A stretch of 59,160 nt of DNA, the filler included. It is 7 parts of 7 records of this genome, joined end to end, with 100 filler letters (N's around TTAATTAATTAA, not from the genome) between each part and the next. Parts side by side here need not be neighbours in the genome. Positions count along the whole stretch, not along the records: positions 1 to 13,048 come from SRR31147125_41415; positions 13,149 to 18,395 come from SRR31147125_41429; positions 18,496 to 26,217 come from SRR31147125_41433; 4 more parts are not named here. The stretch is one strand, 5' to 3'. Position 1 is the stretch's first letter. Each line of letters begins with the position of its first letter. The notes below the pieces were generated by a model. It saw only the letters and a list, made by a program, of their open reading frames with translations, had not been told where the DNA came from and ran no database searches. Of the stretch, positions 10,503 to 20,614 are shown in pieces. Made by a program: the position numbers and the translations under genes.

Positions 10503-11423
10503 TTAACCTTTTACTGAGCCAACCATTATACCTTTAATTAAATATCTTTGCATAAACGGATATACTGCCAATATTGGTATGGTGCTAACAACAATAGCTG
10601 CATATCTTATTGTAGTTATACTAGTAGTCCTTACAACTTGAGCAGGTACTCTTGTAGCAGCTTCTCCTTGCGCAAATGATGCTTCTTTAATTAGTTTTAC
10701 CAAAAAGTATTGTAATGTCTGCAAATCTGCATTAGTAGTAAATACCATTGAATCAAAAAATGAATTCCAATGGAAAACTCCAATCCATAGTGCTATTGTC
10801 GCAATTATAGGCTTACTTATTGGTAAGTATAATTTTAGAAAAATTCTGAACTCACCTGCACCGTCAACTATTGCTGATTCGTGTATTTCTTCTGGTACAT
10901 CTTTAAAATAATTCTGTAGTATTATCATGTTAAACACTGAATACAAGTAGGGTATTATATAAACCCAGAAATTATTCAGTAGATTTAAGTATTTTAGAAC
11001 CATGAAATACGGTATAAGACCTCCATTGAAAAACAATGTGAAAATATTAAACCTATTAATTGCTTTTCTAAATGGTAAATCTTTTCGCGACATTGCATAG
11101 GCTACCATAGCTGTAAAGAATGTTCCTGTTACAACACCTATAACAGTTCTTGCAATTGTATTTTTAAATCCTGTAAATAACCTATTGTCATTAAATATCA
11201 TTGTGTAGTTATCCATAGAAAATACTCTAGGCCAAAAATATACACCACCGCGCATATAATCCATTCCTTCATTTAGCGAACCAACAAACACATATATAAA
11301 TGGATAAAGTGCCAAGAAAGCAAACAAAAGTAGAAATAAATAATTTGCATAATCAAACCAGTTAAATTTTTGTATTCCTAGTTTTCGTTTTATTTTTAAT
11401 AGGGCATTTTTAGTTTTCTCCAT
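10503..11423 (-). CDS. Carbohydrate ABC permease (LplC/YtcP-like)
   Basis: FNGGLIP, EAA loop ESAIVDGA, YPFMQRY..KG..VGSVKG. Confidence 0.92.
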   Translation of the reverse strand: MEKTKNALLKIKRKLGIQKFNWFDYANYLFLLLFAFLALYPFIYVFVGSLNEGMDYMRGGVYFWPRVFSMDNYTMIFNDNRLFTGFKNTIARTVIGVVTGTFFTAMVAYAMSRKDLPFRKAINRFNIFTLFFNGGLIPYFMVLKYLNLLNNFWVYIIPYLYSVFNMIILQNYFKDVPEEIHESAIVDGAGEFRIFLKLYLPISKPIIATIALWIGVFHWNSFFDSMVFTTNADLQTLQYFLVKLIKEASFAQGEAATRVPAQVVRTTSITTIRYAAIVVSTIPILAVYPFMQRYLIKGIMVGSVKG

Positions 11424-11424
11424 A

Positions 11425-12342
11425 TTAGTACAGCCCCCTTCCCAAATACTTCTTAGAAATTGTGTTGCTTAGCGTAAGAAGGATAATTGCGATAACTGAT
11501 TTAAATAATCCCACTGCTGTTGTAAATGAGTATTTCATTTGTGCAATACCAATTTTATATACATATGTATCTATAACTTCACTCCTTGCATAATTTAATG
11601 AATTCTGTAGTACGTAAATTTGGTCAAAATTAGATACAAGCAAGTTACTAATATTCAATAATAAGAATATTATAATAGTACCGCTAATACTCGGTAATGT
11701 GATATGCAGCATCTTTTGAAACCTATTTGCCCCATCTATTACTGCCGATTCGTATTGGCTTTGATCAACACTGTTTATAGCAGCTAAATAGATAACAGTA
11801 CCCCAACCAATACCTTTTAGCATTCCACTAGCTATTACTATTGTCCAAAAATATTCAGGCTTAGATATGAATGGAATTGGTTTTTCAATTATGTTCAAGC
11901 TAACTAAAACATTATTAATAAGTCCGCCATCAGAAGATAGCATTCCAATTATAATACCTCCGAAAACAACCCATGAAATAAAATATGGCATATAAGTAAT
12001 CGTTTGAACCGCTTTTTTAAATCTAGTATGCGCTACTTCGTTTAACAATAAGGCAAAAATTATGGGAGCCGGGAACCCAATAATTAACTGCAATAAATTC
12101 ATTCCTAAAGTATTTAGCATAATATTTACGAATTCTTTATCCTGCAAAAATGCTTTAAAGTTTTCTAATCCAACAAACGGCTTTTCAATTAATGCTTTAG
12201 TAATGTTTAGAACTCGATCCATATCCTTAAACGCTACAACTATTCCAACCATGGGTAAATAATTGAAAACTATTAGAAAAACTACTCCGCACATAGCCAT
12301 TATGAATATCGTAGTATTAAATCTTTTTCTCTTGCTTTTCAT
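11425..12342 (-). CDS. Carbohydrate ABC permease (LplB/YteP-like)
   Basis: YMPYFISWVV, YESAVIDGANR, VIDTYVY. Confidence 0.92.
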   Translation of the reverse strand: MKSKRKRFNTTIFIMAMCGVVFLIVFNYLPMVGIVVAFKDMDRVLNITKALIEKPFVGLENFKAFLQDKEFVNIMLNTLGMNLLQLIIGFPAPIIFALLLNEVAHTRFKKAVQTITYMPYFISWVVFGGIIIGMLSSDGGLINNVLVSLNIIEKPIPFISKPEYFWTIVIASGMLKGIGWGTVIYLAAINSVDQSQYESAVIDGANRFQKMLHITLPSISGTIIIFLLLNISNLLVSNFDQIYVLQNSLNYARSEVIDTYVYKIGIAQMKYSFTTAVGLFKSVIAIILLTLSNTISKKYLGRGLY

Positions 12343-12379
12343 TCCTTCTCCTAAATAAATATACTTTATCGTTCTTTAA

Positions 12380-13048
12380 TTACTTACGTTTTGTTCCATT
12401 AAATTTTTCTACCATTTCCAAATTAGGAATTGAAACTTGTGCTCCTAATTTACCTACTGTTATCGCTGCAACTTTTATAGCAAATTCAATAGCTTCGTTT
12501 ATTTTATTTCCTTTGCTCAATGCTGTTGCCAGTGCACCAATAAAACTATCTCCTGCTGCTGTTGTGTCAACTGCATTAATATCGTAGCTTCTATATTGAA
12601 TTAACTCGTTGTCTTTCCCAAAATATTTTACGCCATTTTCTCCTAGTGTAATTATTATTTCCTTTATTCCTCTACTTTTAAGGTAATCAACTCCAGCTTT
12701 CACATTTTTATCATTTGAAATCTTATATCCAGTAAGTATCTCAAACTCTGTCTCATTTGGTATAAGTAAATCAACTTTTTTCAATAAACTCTCAGGAATT
12801 TCCTGTGCAGGTGCAGGATTTAAAATCGTGTATAAATTAGCCGATTTAGCTTTGTCAAATGTATATTCTATGACTTCCATAGGAATTTCCATCTGAGCAA
12901 CTACTATATCAAAGCTTTTAATATCTATTTCCTCTATCATGCTTTTCTTTAGTTCATTATTAGCTCCGGCAACTACTACTATTGTATTATTTCCATTATC
13001 ATTAATCATTATGAAAGCTAGCCCTGTGCCCGAACCCAAACTTTTTTT
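12380..13048 (-). CDS. rbsK: Ribokinase (PfkB family), 5' truncated at contig end
   Basis: ILNPAPA, PNETE, VDTTAAGDSFIG PfkB signature; rbsD nearby. Confidence 0.9.
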   Translation of the reverse strand, partial: KKSLGSGTGLAFIMINDNGNNTIVVVAGANNELKKSMIEEIDIKSFDIVVAQMEIPMEVIEYTFDKAKSANLYTILNPAPAQEIPESLLKKVDLLIPNETEFEILTGYKISNDKNVKAGVDYLKSRGIKEIIITLGENGVKYFGKDNELIQYRSYDINAVDTTAAGDSFIGALATALSKGNKINEAIEFAIKVAAITVGKLGAQVSIPNLEMVEKFNGTKRK

Positions 13049-13148
13049 NNNNNNNNNNNNNNNNNNNNNNNNNNNNNNNNNNNNNNNNNNNNTTAATTAA
13101 TTAANNNNNNNNNNNNNNNNNNNNNNNNNNNNNNNNNNNNNNNNNNNN
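13049..13148. other. Artificial contig spacer
   Basis: N-run, TTAATTAATTAA (stops in all frames), N-run; composition changes across it. Confidence 0.98.
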
Positions 13149-13211
13149 AATTACAATGGTTAATGCCGATATACAATTAAATAGGCTTTAGGAGCGAAGC
13201 GAACTAAAGGC

Positions 13212-14663
13212 TCATTTCAATTGATAATCGGTATTATCTTTTGCTCGTTGGCTCAAAAACATTTCGTGCAATTGTTTCGCTTTTTCAGGATTAGCTGCTG
13301 CTACATTGTTTTCTTCTTTTGGATCGTTAGCTAAATTATACAATTCCCAGTCTTCCGTTTTTTGCGGCTCGTCGGTTCCGTATTTTACAATTTTCCAGCC
13401 GTCGTATTGTAAAGCCCATCGATTGGTTTTCGGATTCCAAATCCAGTATAAATCGCGTGTGGCAATTTGGTTGTTTTCAAAAAGAACCGGGGCTAAATCT
13501 ACACCATCTAAATTATAGCTTGCATATTCTTCGTGTCCTATAAGGTTGGCAAGGGTGGGGAACCAGTCGATAATATGAACCGGATCGTTTACTTTTTTCG
13601 CCTGTAATTTCCCTTTCCAGTAAATAAAGCCCGGAACATGAATTCCGCCTTCCCAAACATCGAGTTTCGAACCGCGCATTGGCAGTGGCTGGTTAAAGTC
13701 GGTAAGATGCAAATCATCGGGATATGCATTTCCGGCCCAGTTTACCTGCGGTCCATTGTCAGAAGAAAACATGATTATTGTATTCTCCAGTTTTCCTTCG
13801 TCTTCAAGCGTTTTTAGTATTCCACCAATAGCATTGTCTAAATGATGAACTGCAGCTAATAACAGTCGTTTTTCAGGATCGGGCTCGCTTTGTATTTTTC
13901 CCGCAGGGTCGTTAAACCACTTAATTTTATCTTCATTTAGCCAGCGTGTCGAATCATTTGGGGCGAGTTGAGTGGGTGTGTCTACAAAGTCGCCACGTTC
14001 GTCGAGCGGTGTGTGTGGTGCATGAAATGTTGTAAAAACAAAAAACGGCTCGTCCTCATTTTTAATAATATTTTGTACCTCCCCCGAAATTAAATCGGTA
14101 GCATGCGTTCCATCTTCATTTCCCTGAATTGGTTTATGATTTCGGTGCCAGGCATCGTAATACTTTCCTTTCCGATATCGGTGGTCGTACATGCCAACAG
14201 CACCGGCCATCGAGCCATAACTTTCGTCGAAACCATGATTATTAGGCCCATTAATGGTATCAGAGCCCATGTGCCATTTGCCACAAATGTAAGTGTGGTA
14301 CCCCTCGGCTTTAAACATGCGAGCCAGGTTTGGCGTTCCCACCGGAAAAACTTTATCGTTTGTGGCTTGTAAACCGGTTCTGCCAAATCGGCCCGGATAA
14401 CGACCGGTAAACGTGGCAACGCGCGTGGGCGTGCATTGTGGCATTACATAATGTTTGGTAAAAACCACTCCGTTTTCTGCCAAGCGGTCGAGGTTGGGAG
14501 TATATGCTTTTGCCGGGTTGTTGTAGCCAATATCGGCCCAGCCCATATCGTCGGCTAAAATTACAATTACGTTGGGTTTTTCGTTCTTCGTTTCAGTTGG
14601 CTTGCAACCTACAAATACCATTGCAAATAAAACAATACAAAACAGGAATAATCTGGTTTTCAT
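13212..14663 (-). CDS. Arylsulfatase (Cys-type S1 sulfatase), lipoprotein
   Basis: PNVIVILADD, CTPTR formylglycine motif, GKWHMG, SSDNG, EGGIHVP; lipobox FVGC. Confidence 0.93.
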   Translation of the reverse strand: MKTRLFLFCIVLFAMVFVGCKPTETKNEKPNVIVILADDMGWADIGYNNPAKAYTPNLDRLAENGVVFTKHYVMPQCTPTRVATFTGRYPGRFGRTGLQATNDKVFPVGTPNLARMFKAEGYHTYICGKWHMGSDTINGPNNHGFDESYGSMAGAVGMYDHRYRKGKYYDAWHRNHKPIQGNEDGTHATDLISGEVQNIIKNEDEPFFVFTTFHAPHTPLDERGDFVDTPTQLAPNDSTRWLNEDKIKWFNDPAGKIQSEPDPEKRLLLAAVHHLDNAIGGILKTLEDEGKLENTIIMFSSDNGPQVNWAGNAYPDDLHLTDFNQPLPMRGSKLDVWEGGIHVPGFIYWKGKLQAKKVNDPVHIIDWFPTLANLIGHEEYASYNLDGVDLAPVLFENNQIATRDLYWIWNPKTNRWALQYDGWKIVKYGTDEPQKTEDWELYNLANDPKEENNVAAANPEKAKQLHEMFLSQRAKDNTDYQLK

Positions 14664-14892
14664 GATTCGATAAATTTTACAATGGCAAAATTAAAAGGGT
14701 ATAGGTTTTATTGGCTGTAATATTTTTGCAAGATGTGATTCTATTTTTGCAATAGTTTGCCTTGTGGCAATATTCTCAAATTAAACGAGGGGTATTGAGG
14801 GCAGTTTTAATCAAGAGAATTCCCCGAGCATATATTCTCCCCTGAAATTCAGAGGAGAGCTCATTCGCCAATTGGCGAATTTTCTTTATTTG

Positions 14893-15429
14893 TTAATTAA
14901 CCAGTTTATTTGTTTCAATAATTTCAGAAAAATATTTCATGCCCGATTTTTCCATAGAATATTCAATGTTTACATGAATGAGATTATCGCTGCATTCTAC
15001 TGCAACCGGATAATAAAATGTTTGGCTGGTATTGCCATCAATCCAAAAATCAAGCGTTTTAATTTTTCGGGGAAATTCATCAAGTATATTGTTTTTCTCA
15101 TCTTTTGCCCGGTACTTTTTTATAATCTTATTCGAGAAGTACAGCATCTTTTTTTCCTCAATCGATTTTACAACATCATCGTCCTTAAAAGTATTTATAC
15201 TTAAAAGAATTTCCTTCATGTATTTACGAACCTGGCTTTTGTTATTTATTTTAATCTTAATATCGAGCAGAAACTTATTTTGCCCCAAAGGATAAGCCTG
15301 GATATTGAGGCTATCTTCGGTTTTCGATTTATTTTTTCTGAAAAGAAAATACTCGTAAATACCATAAATAACTCCGCATATCAGAATTACATCTTTAATT
15401 AAATTGATTGTTGCTCCCATTGTTTCCAT
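14893..15429 (-). CDS. Hypothetical protein with N-terminal TM anchor
   Basis: 178-aa ORF overlapping the 3' end of the UDG gene; one hydrophobic helix. Confidence 0.6.
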   Translation of the reverse strand: METMGATINLIKDVILICGVIYGIYEYFLFRKNKSKTEDSLNIQAYPLGQNKFLLDIKIKINNKSQVRKYMKEILLSINTFKDDDVVKSIEEKKMLYFSNKIIKKYRAKDEKNNILDEFPRKIKTLDFWIDGNTSQTFYYPVAVECSDNLIHVNIEYSMEKSGMKYFSEIIETNKLVN

Positions 15430-16070
15430 TGTTGGTTTAAAAGAAGTATTGTTTCAGCAATTTTATGTATTATTTCGGGTCGTTTAATAACAGCACTTGC
15501 CGGCGAAGGATGTGGAAAACAAAGCACTGTATAATTATTCCATTTTAAAAAGTGCCCAATTTTATGTTCGAGTGGAGAATTTTTATGTTCAGGGAAAAAC
15601 CAGTCTATCGATTGTTTTCCTATGGGAATAATTATTTCAGGAGCTACCAGTTCTATTTGTTTTTTGAGGAAAGGTTCGCAGAGTTTTATTTCTTTGGCGC
15701 CCGGTTTTCTGTCGTTTCCCCTGTATCTGCCGGGGTAGCATTTAGTAAGCGAAGTAATTAGCGAATTTTTCAGAATAGGAATATAATCGATATTTGCATC
15801 GGTAAACCATTGTTTAAATTGTTTGCCGGCCCTGCCCGAGAATGGAATTTTAACCTTTGTTCCATCGTTTTTCTGAATCGATTCACCATGTTTCTTTTCC
15901 GTAATTCCCGGAGCCTGGCCCACTATTATTGCCCATTTTTTTATGTGCGAAGGCTTCTTATTTTCGTCCCATTCGGGTTGAACACGGTGTATTTCTTTCC
16001 CAATTTCTTTACACAAAACACAATTAAAAATAGCCTGGTGAAGCGCTTTGTATTCCTTTTGTGTATTCAT
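15399..16070 (-). CDS. Uracil-DNA glycosylase superfamily protein
   Basis: N-terminal CxxC, GQAPG motif A, PFSGRAG, KCYPG...DRKP...C, HPSPA motif B. Confidence 0.88.
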   Translation of the reverse strand: MNTQKEYKALHQAIFNCVLCKEIGKEIHRVQPEWDENKKPSHIKKWAIIVGQAPGITEKKHGESIQKNDGTKVKIPFSGRAGKQFKQWFTDANIDYIPILKNSLITSLTKCYPGRYRGNDRKPGAKEIKLCEPFLKKQIELVAPEIIIPIGKQSIDWFFPEHKNSPLEHKIGHFLKWNNYTVLCFPHPSPASAVIKRPEIIHKIAETILLLNQQWKQWEQQSI

Positions 16071-16216
16071 AACTCTCTTTTTTTAGATAAACGATTATTT
16101 GAAAATGGATAATACGTACTTTCCAACTTATTGTTTGGTTAATTCGGATATTCTAAGATTCTGTTTTGTTTGCGTTAACGGGAGATACAACCATTTGACA
16201 TCTAAATAAATTGATG

Positions 16217-16333
16217 AATCCAGAGGATTCAAATGTTTATAGAAATAAACCAATAAGGCTTTGGTACGACTCCGGCCGAAGTCGAATGTTTTTTCAATTT
16301 CAGGATTCTATAAATATGCGATGCCGCTGGCAT
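16217..16333. repeat. REP-like nested palindromic intergenic element
   Basis: GAATCCAGAGGATTC hairpin; TGTTTATAGAA...TTCTATAAATA arms around CGACTCCGGCCGAAGTCG; terminal GATGCCGCTGGCATC hairpin. Confidence 0.55.
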
Positions 16334-16401
16334 CGGGTTTTTACAAGGCGATACAATCTCCTGAGTGCTTTTCTTTATCCTTTACTTTAACAATCATTCA
16401 T

Positions 16402-17102
16402 CTAATTATTTCCCTTTTTTGTAGTTACTATTACTACTCCATTTGCGCCTCTCGAACCATAAACCGAGGAAGAACCATCTTTCATAACGTCGATGGTGCT
16501 GACATCAATAGGCGAAATATTTTCAAGTTCGTTTGAACTAACAATTATCCCATCAATTACAACTAAAGCGGCATCGCCTTGCGAGCCATAAAGTGTAGAT
16601 GTTCCTCTAACCACAACCTGCCCGTTTTGTACCGATACTCCCGGAAACTGTCCCTGTATTGCATCCAGCAGGTTGTCGTATTTCGAAAAATCAATATCGT
16701 TGTGATGGGCGCTTGAAATTGCATAAAGTAATTCCCGGGAATTAACGTAACCGTATCCAACATTTACATATCGCTCAGCCCGGTCGAGGTTATTATTCCC
16801 TTTTTTAGTGTCAGGTTTACCAGAATCATGCGAATATCATCTTCAACCTTAACCTTTTGCGAATAAAAACCATCGGCTTCAACGTTTAATTTATCTTTTG
16901 GATTGCAAAAAAGCTGGAATCTTCCTAGCGAATCAGTTTGCACCACCTTACCTGTGCTTTTAATCTCAATATTTACACCAATTAGAGGTATGCTATCGAA
17001 AGTAGTTATTTTTCCAACCAGCGTTTTGTCTTGTGCTAAAACGGAAAAAGTGGAGGCCACAAGAAATATTACGACCGTGAAGAATAAAATTTTGGTTTTC
17101 AT
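16402..17102 (-). CDS. Short SusC-like protein (carboxypeptidase-regulatory-like N-domain plus TonB plug, no barrel), two frameshifts
   Basis: Signal peptide, PLIGVNI, TDSLGRF; C-terminal VRG..., 'IDVMKDGSSSVYGSRGANGVVIVTTKKG' then stop; split over three ORFs. Confidence 0.75.
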
Positions 17103-17256
17103 TACTATTGATTTTAGGTAGTTCTTAACTTTTTAAAGCTTACTGTTTCGCGGCACAAATTGTTTCTTGTTTTATTGTGTTTTCCGCGCTCATTACGTAG
17201 TTCTAACGTATAATTCGGGTTAAATTTAGCTGAACAACAGAATTTTAAAATGAAAC

Positions 17257-17285
17257 AAGCGCCATTCCTTCAAGAATGGCGCTTT
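17257..17285 (-). terminator. Terminator after susD
   Basis: AAGCGCCATTC-CTTCAA-GAATGGCGCTT hairpin. Confidence 0.7.
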
Positions 17286-17354
17286 CAAATCAAACCTAAC
17301 TAAACATTACATTCAGCGGAATGTAAAACCTATGTGATTTCGTAAAATAAATTT

Positions 17355-18395
17355 TTATTCACTTTCAGGAAGTCCAACAAGAGTACCTTCTCCTTCACCG
17401 TCTTGCCAGTAAACTGGTTCGCGATAGTTTTCTTCGCCCGGGTAACCTTTGTTTTGGTTAATTACACCCAAGGTATTGGCGTTAATAGCAGATGCAGGAA
17501 TAGGCCAAAGTGCAATCCAAGCAGCAGCACGGTAGGTATAGTGAGGAGCTACCACGTTATCACGGTAATACTCGTTTTTCTCAATTACACGGTCGTACCA
17601 GAAATTGTTTTCCGAGAAATTGCTCATGCTATACGTTTTACCGTTGTAGCAAGTTGCACCACTTTCGGCCAACATAAATGCCATACGGGTAATCTCTGTT
17701 TTCCGAGGCTCTTCATAAAATAATTCACGAGCACGCTCATCGAGGATAGTTCCCAGGTTAATATCGCCTGCTGAATATGGGGCACAGTTAGCACGCGTAC
17801 GAACTGCATTTACATCGTCGGCAGCTTGCTGGGTTTGTCCTTTCCAGAAATAAGCTTCGGCACGTAGCAAGTAAGTTTCTGCCAGGCGGTAGCAGTACCA
17901 GTCGCCGTTACCTCCGTCGGGAGTTAAGTCGGTTGGGTCAGCTACATATAATTTGTAGTGAGGCCAGCCGTACCAAGAGCGGATGGTATCGGTACAAAGA
18001 ATACCACCGTTTTCGTCGTACAAACGAAGTGGTTGTGCGTACCATGCGTCTCCTTGTGCTTTTAACTGAGGATCGTTATAAACAAGATCCTCCATGTTCA
18101 TCCAGTTTCCCGGAGCATGACGGTAATCATTTGGGTCTGTCCATATTTTAGTATGGTGATAAGGAACCTGGCGGCAACGGCCAATTCCACGTCCGTATTT
18201 TGTTACCTGGTCAATTTCTACAGGATATCCTCCAACATTCTGACCAAGTGGTTTATCTGTCACACCTCCTTTTCCTGATGGTGTTTTATTTTTGCTACCA
18301 CTTCCCCAGAAAGGAACACACTGACGCATCATTGAAATACGTTCACTCGCTCCGTCTTCGGTTAACTCTTCGCGCGAAGTGAACAAGTAAATCCT
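17355..18395 (-). CDS. RagB/SusD family outer-membrane glycan-binding protein, 5' truncated
   Basis: [39 protein letters not shown]...NQNKGY. Confidence 0.92.
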   Translation of the reverse strand, partial: RIYLFTSREELTEDGASERISMMRQCVPFWGSGSKNKTPSGKGGVTDKPLGQNVGGYPVEIDQVTKYGRGIGRCRQVPYHHTKIWTDPNDYRHAPGNWMNMEDLVYNDPQLKAQGDAWYAQPLRLYDENGGILCTDTIRSWYGWPHYKLYVADPTDLTPDGGNGDWYCYRLAETYLLRAEAYFWKGQTQQAADDVNAVRTRANCAPYSAGDINLGTILDERARELFYEEPRKTEITRMAFMLAESGATCYNGKTYSMSNFSENNFWYDRVIEKNEYYRDNVVAPHYTYRAAAWIALWPIPASAINANTLGVINQNKGYPGEENYREPVYWQDGEGEGTLVGLPESE

Positions 18396-18495
18396 NNNNN
18401 NNNNNNNNNNNNNNNNNNNNNNNNNNNNNNNNNNNNNNNTTAATTAATTAANNNNNNNNNNNNNNNNNNNNNNNNNNNNNNNNNNNNNNNNNNNN
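18396..18495. other. Artificial contig spacer
   Basis: N-run, TTAATTAATTAA, N-run. Confidence 0.98.
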
Positions 18496-19457
18496 TTTTC
18501 TGGAGGAGATAAAGGCGTCTGCGGATCTGCTTGTCAGAACAAGAGCCGTATTCGCGGTATACATGTTCATCCGGAACGTACGGAAACTGCTGAAACGTTT
18601 TGAGCCCGTAATCTGGGAAGGGATGGAAAAAAGCTGTCGCGCTACAGCGCCCCCTGTCACAGCTGACCGAAGCTCTGGAAACCCTTGATCCGGCCAGGGA
18701 ACTCCCCGGAGAGGAGGAACTCAAGCCCCGCCTGGACGAGATGATCAACCTGGCAAGGACCCTAGTTCCCGCCGTTCCGTCCGCCACTCCGATAGACCAG
18801 ATCAGGAATATCAGCAAATGGGCCCATCTGACCAGTTCCGGTTCCGCCAAAATTGTGATTCTAGAGCGGGCGGACCGGCTGCTCGAAAGCGCCAGCAACT
18901 CCCTGCTGAAGATTCTGGAAGAACCGCCCCACCATGTAACGTTCATCCTCCTGACCGAACGGAAAGGGGGCATCATGCCCACAATCCAGTCCCGGGTCAG
19001 GAATTTTGATTTTATTCCCCGGACGAAGACCGTGACGACACAGATCCTTGAAAAACTGTTCAGAACGGAAGAACAGGATCTGTTTCTCTATGAGTTCTTT
19101 CAGCGATGGAGCGATACGGATTTTCATTTTCTGAGCGAACATGTCAAGAACTTCACCGACACGGCACTGACAGGCGGCTCCATTACGGACCTGGAAGAAC
19201 TCTTTCAGTTTTTTGACAAGACCAGGAATAAAATGATTCTGCAAAATTTCCTGCGTTTGCTGTCCGACGAGATCCGGAAGCGTTTCCGGGAAGATCACGA
19301 ATTGATGGGTACGGTCAGGGGGCAGCATACCACTGCCCGGATCATGAAGCTGATCAACCAGTGTCATACCAACTCGGATATTTACAATCAGAATTCACTT
19401 TTTCTCCTGGAAAGCTTATTTTATAATACAAGAGAAATTTATGAGGCACTTTGTTAA
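18496..19457 (+). CDS. DNA polymerase III clamp-loader subunit (delta'/gamma-tau-like), 5' truncated
   Basis: IDQIR, KIVILERADRL..SASNSLLKILEEPP, PTIQSR. Confidence 0.8.
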
Positions 19458-20610
19458 GAAAGCAATACAGGCGCTCCCCAGACTGGACAGCCATCAGATA
19501 AAGAATCTGATAGACGTACTGGCCGAGGAAGTGGAAGACATCGAACTGCTCGAAACAGTCCTGTCTTCCCTTCCCATCGGTGTTATAGTTGCCAAACCGG
19601 ATCACCATATCCAGTTCCTCAACATCCCCGTGCGGCGGATGCTGCCCATGAAACAGGACGACTGGGAGAACCGGCTCCCCTGGGAAATCATACTGGACCG
19701 AGACATCTCGGCCTTCGTCAAAGAATCCCTGCATGATGCGGGTACGATCAAACCCCGGGATTTCACGCTGGAAACCCCGTCAAGGGATACCACCCTCGCC
19801 ATCGGCGTCATGCCCCTGGTGAATGAAGGGAGAATCCAGGGGGATTTTATCTATGTGGAGGATGTCACAGACAAACGGGCGGAAGAAGCCCGCCTCCGCC
19901 GGGCCGAAAGCCTGGCGTCACTGACCACCATGGCGGCGGGAGTGGCTCACGAGATAAAGAATCCTCTGGGCAGCATCAGCATCCATCTTCAGCTGATGCA
20001 GAAGCTTCTGAACACGGAAGGGGAGACCTGCCGGGAAGATATGGACGAGTATCTTAATATTATCAGCGAAGAGGTGGAACGCCTGAATGCCATCGTGGTG
20101 GATTATCTCTTTGCCGTCCGTCCCATGGATACTCATCCTGCCATGGGCAGCCTGAACGACGTGATCCATGAGCTGATAACCTTTGTCCAGTATGAACTGA
20201 TGGATGGAGGAGTGGAGCTTAAAGAAGATCTGAGCCCGAATCTGCCCGAAATCAGAATCGATGAAAAACTGATCAAACAGGCTCTGCTCAATATCGTGAA
20301 GAATGCTCTGGCGGCCATGCCAGGAGGTGGGACCCTGACCATATCAACGGTCAACAAGAGGGATACGGTACTCCTGCGGATCTCCGATACGGGGATCGGC
20401 ATTCCCGAAGAGAGCATAAGAAAGATATTCGAACCCTATTTCACAACCAAGGATCACGGTTCCGGCCTGGGACTGACTCTGGTCTACAAGGTCATCAAAG
20501 AACATGGCGGTGAAATTCAGGTTCATTCCCGGGAAAACATGGGTACGACCTTCACCCTTCAGTTCAAGGTGCCGCAGAAAGAGAAAAAACTCCTCAGCTG
20601 GGAGGGATAA
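19441..20610 (+). CDS. PAS-domain sensor histidine kinase (spirochaete Hk2/NtrB-like)
   Basis: PAS-like region; AHEIKNPL H-box; N, G1 (DTGIG), F (FEPYFTTK) and G2 (GSGLGL) boxes. Confidence 0.92.
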   Translation: MRHFVKKAIQALPRLDSHQIKNLIDVLAEEVEDIELLETVLSSLPIGVIVAKPDHHIQFLNIPVRRMLPMKQDDWENRLPWEIILDRDISAFVKESLHDAGTIKPRDFTLETPSRDTTLAIGVMPLVNEGRIQGDFIYVEDVTDKRAEEARLRRAESLASLTTMAAGVAHEIKNPLGSISIHLQLMQKLLNTEGETCREDMDEYLNIISEEVERLNAIVVDYLFAVRPMDTHPAMGSLNDVIHELITFVQYELMDGGVELKEDLSPNLPEIRIDEKLIKQALLNIVKNALAAMPGGGTLTISTVNKRDTVLLRISDTGIGIPEESIRKIFEPYFTTKDHGSGLGLTLVYKVIKEHGGEIQVHSRENMGTTFTLQFKVPQKEKKLLSWEG

Positions 20611-20614
20611 AAGG

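Noticed and set aside
1-13048. Genome-wide TAG reassignment in contig 1
   Set aside because: Several ORFs of over 500 codons contain no TAG; the other apparent TAG read-throughs (about 1080 and 2835) lie beside an A-run or in doubtful coding sequence
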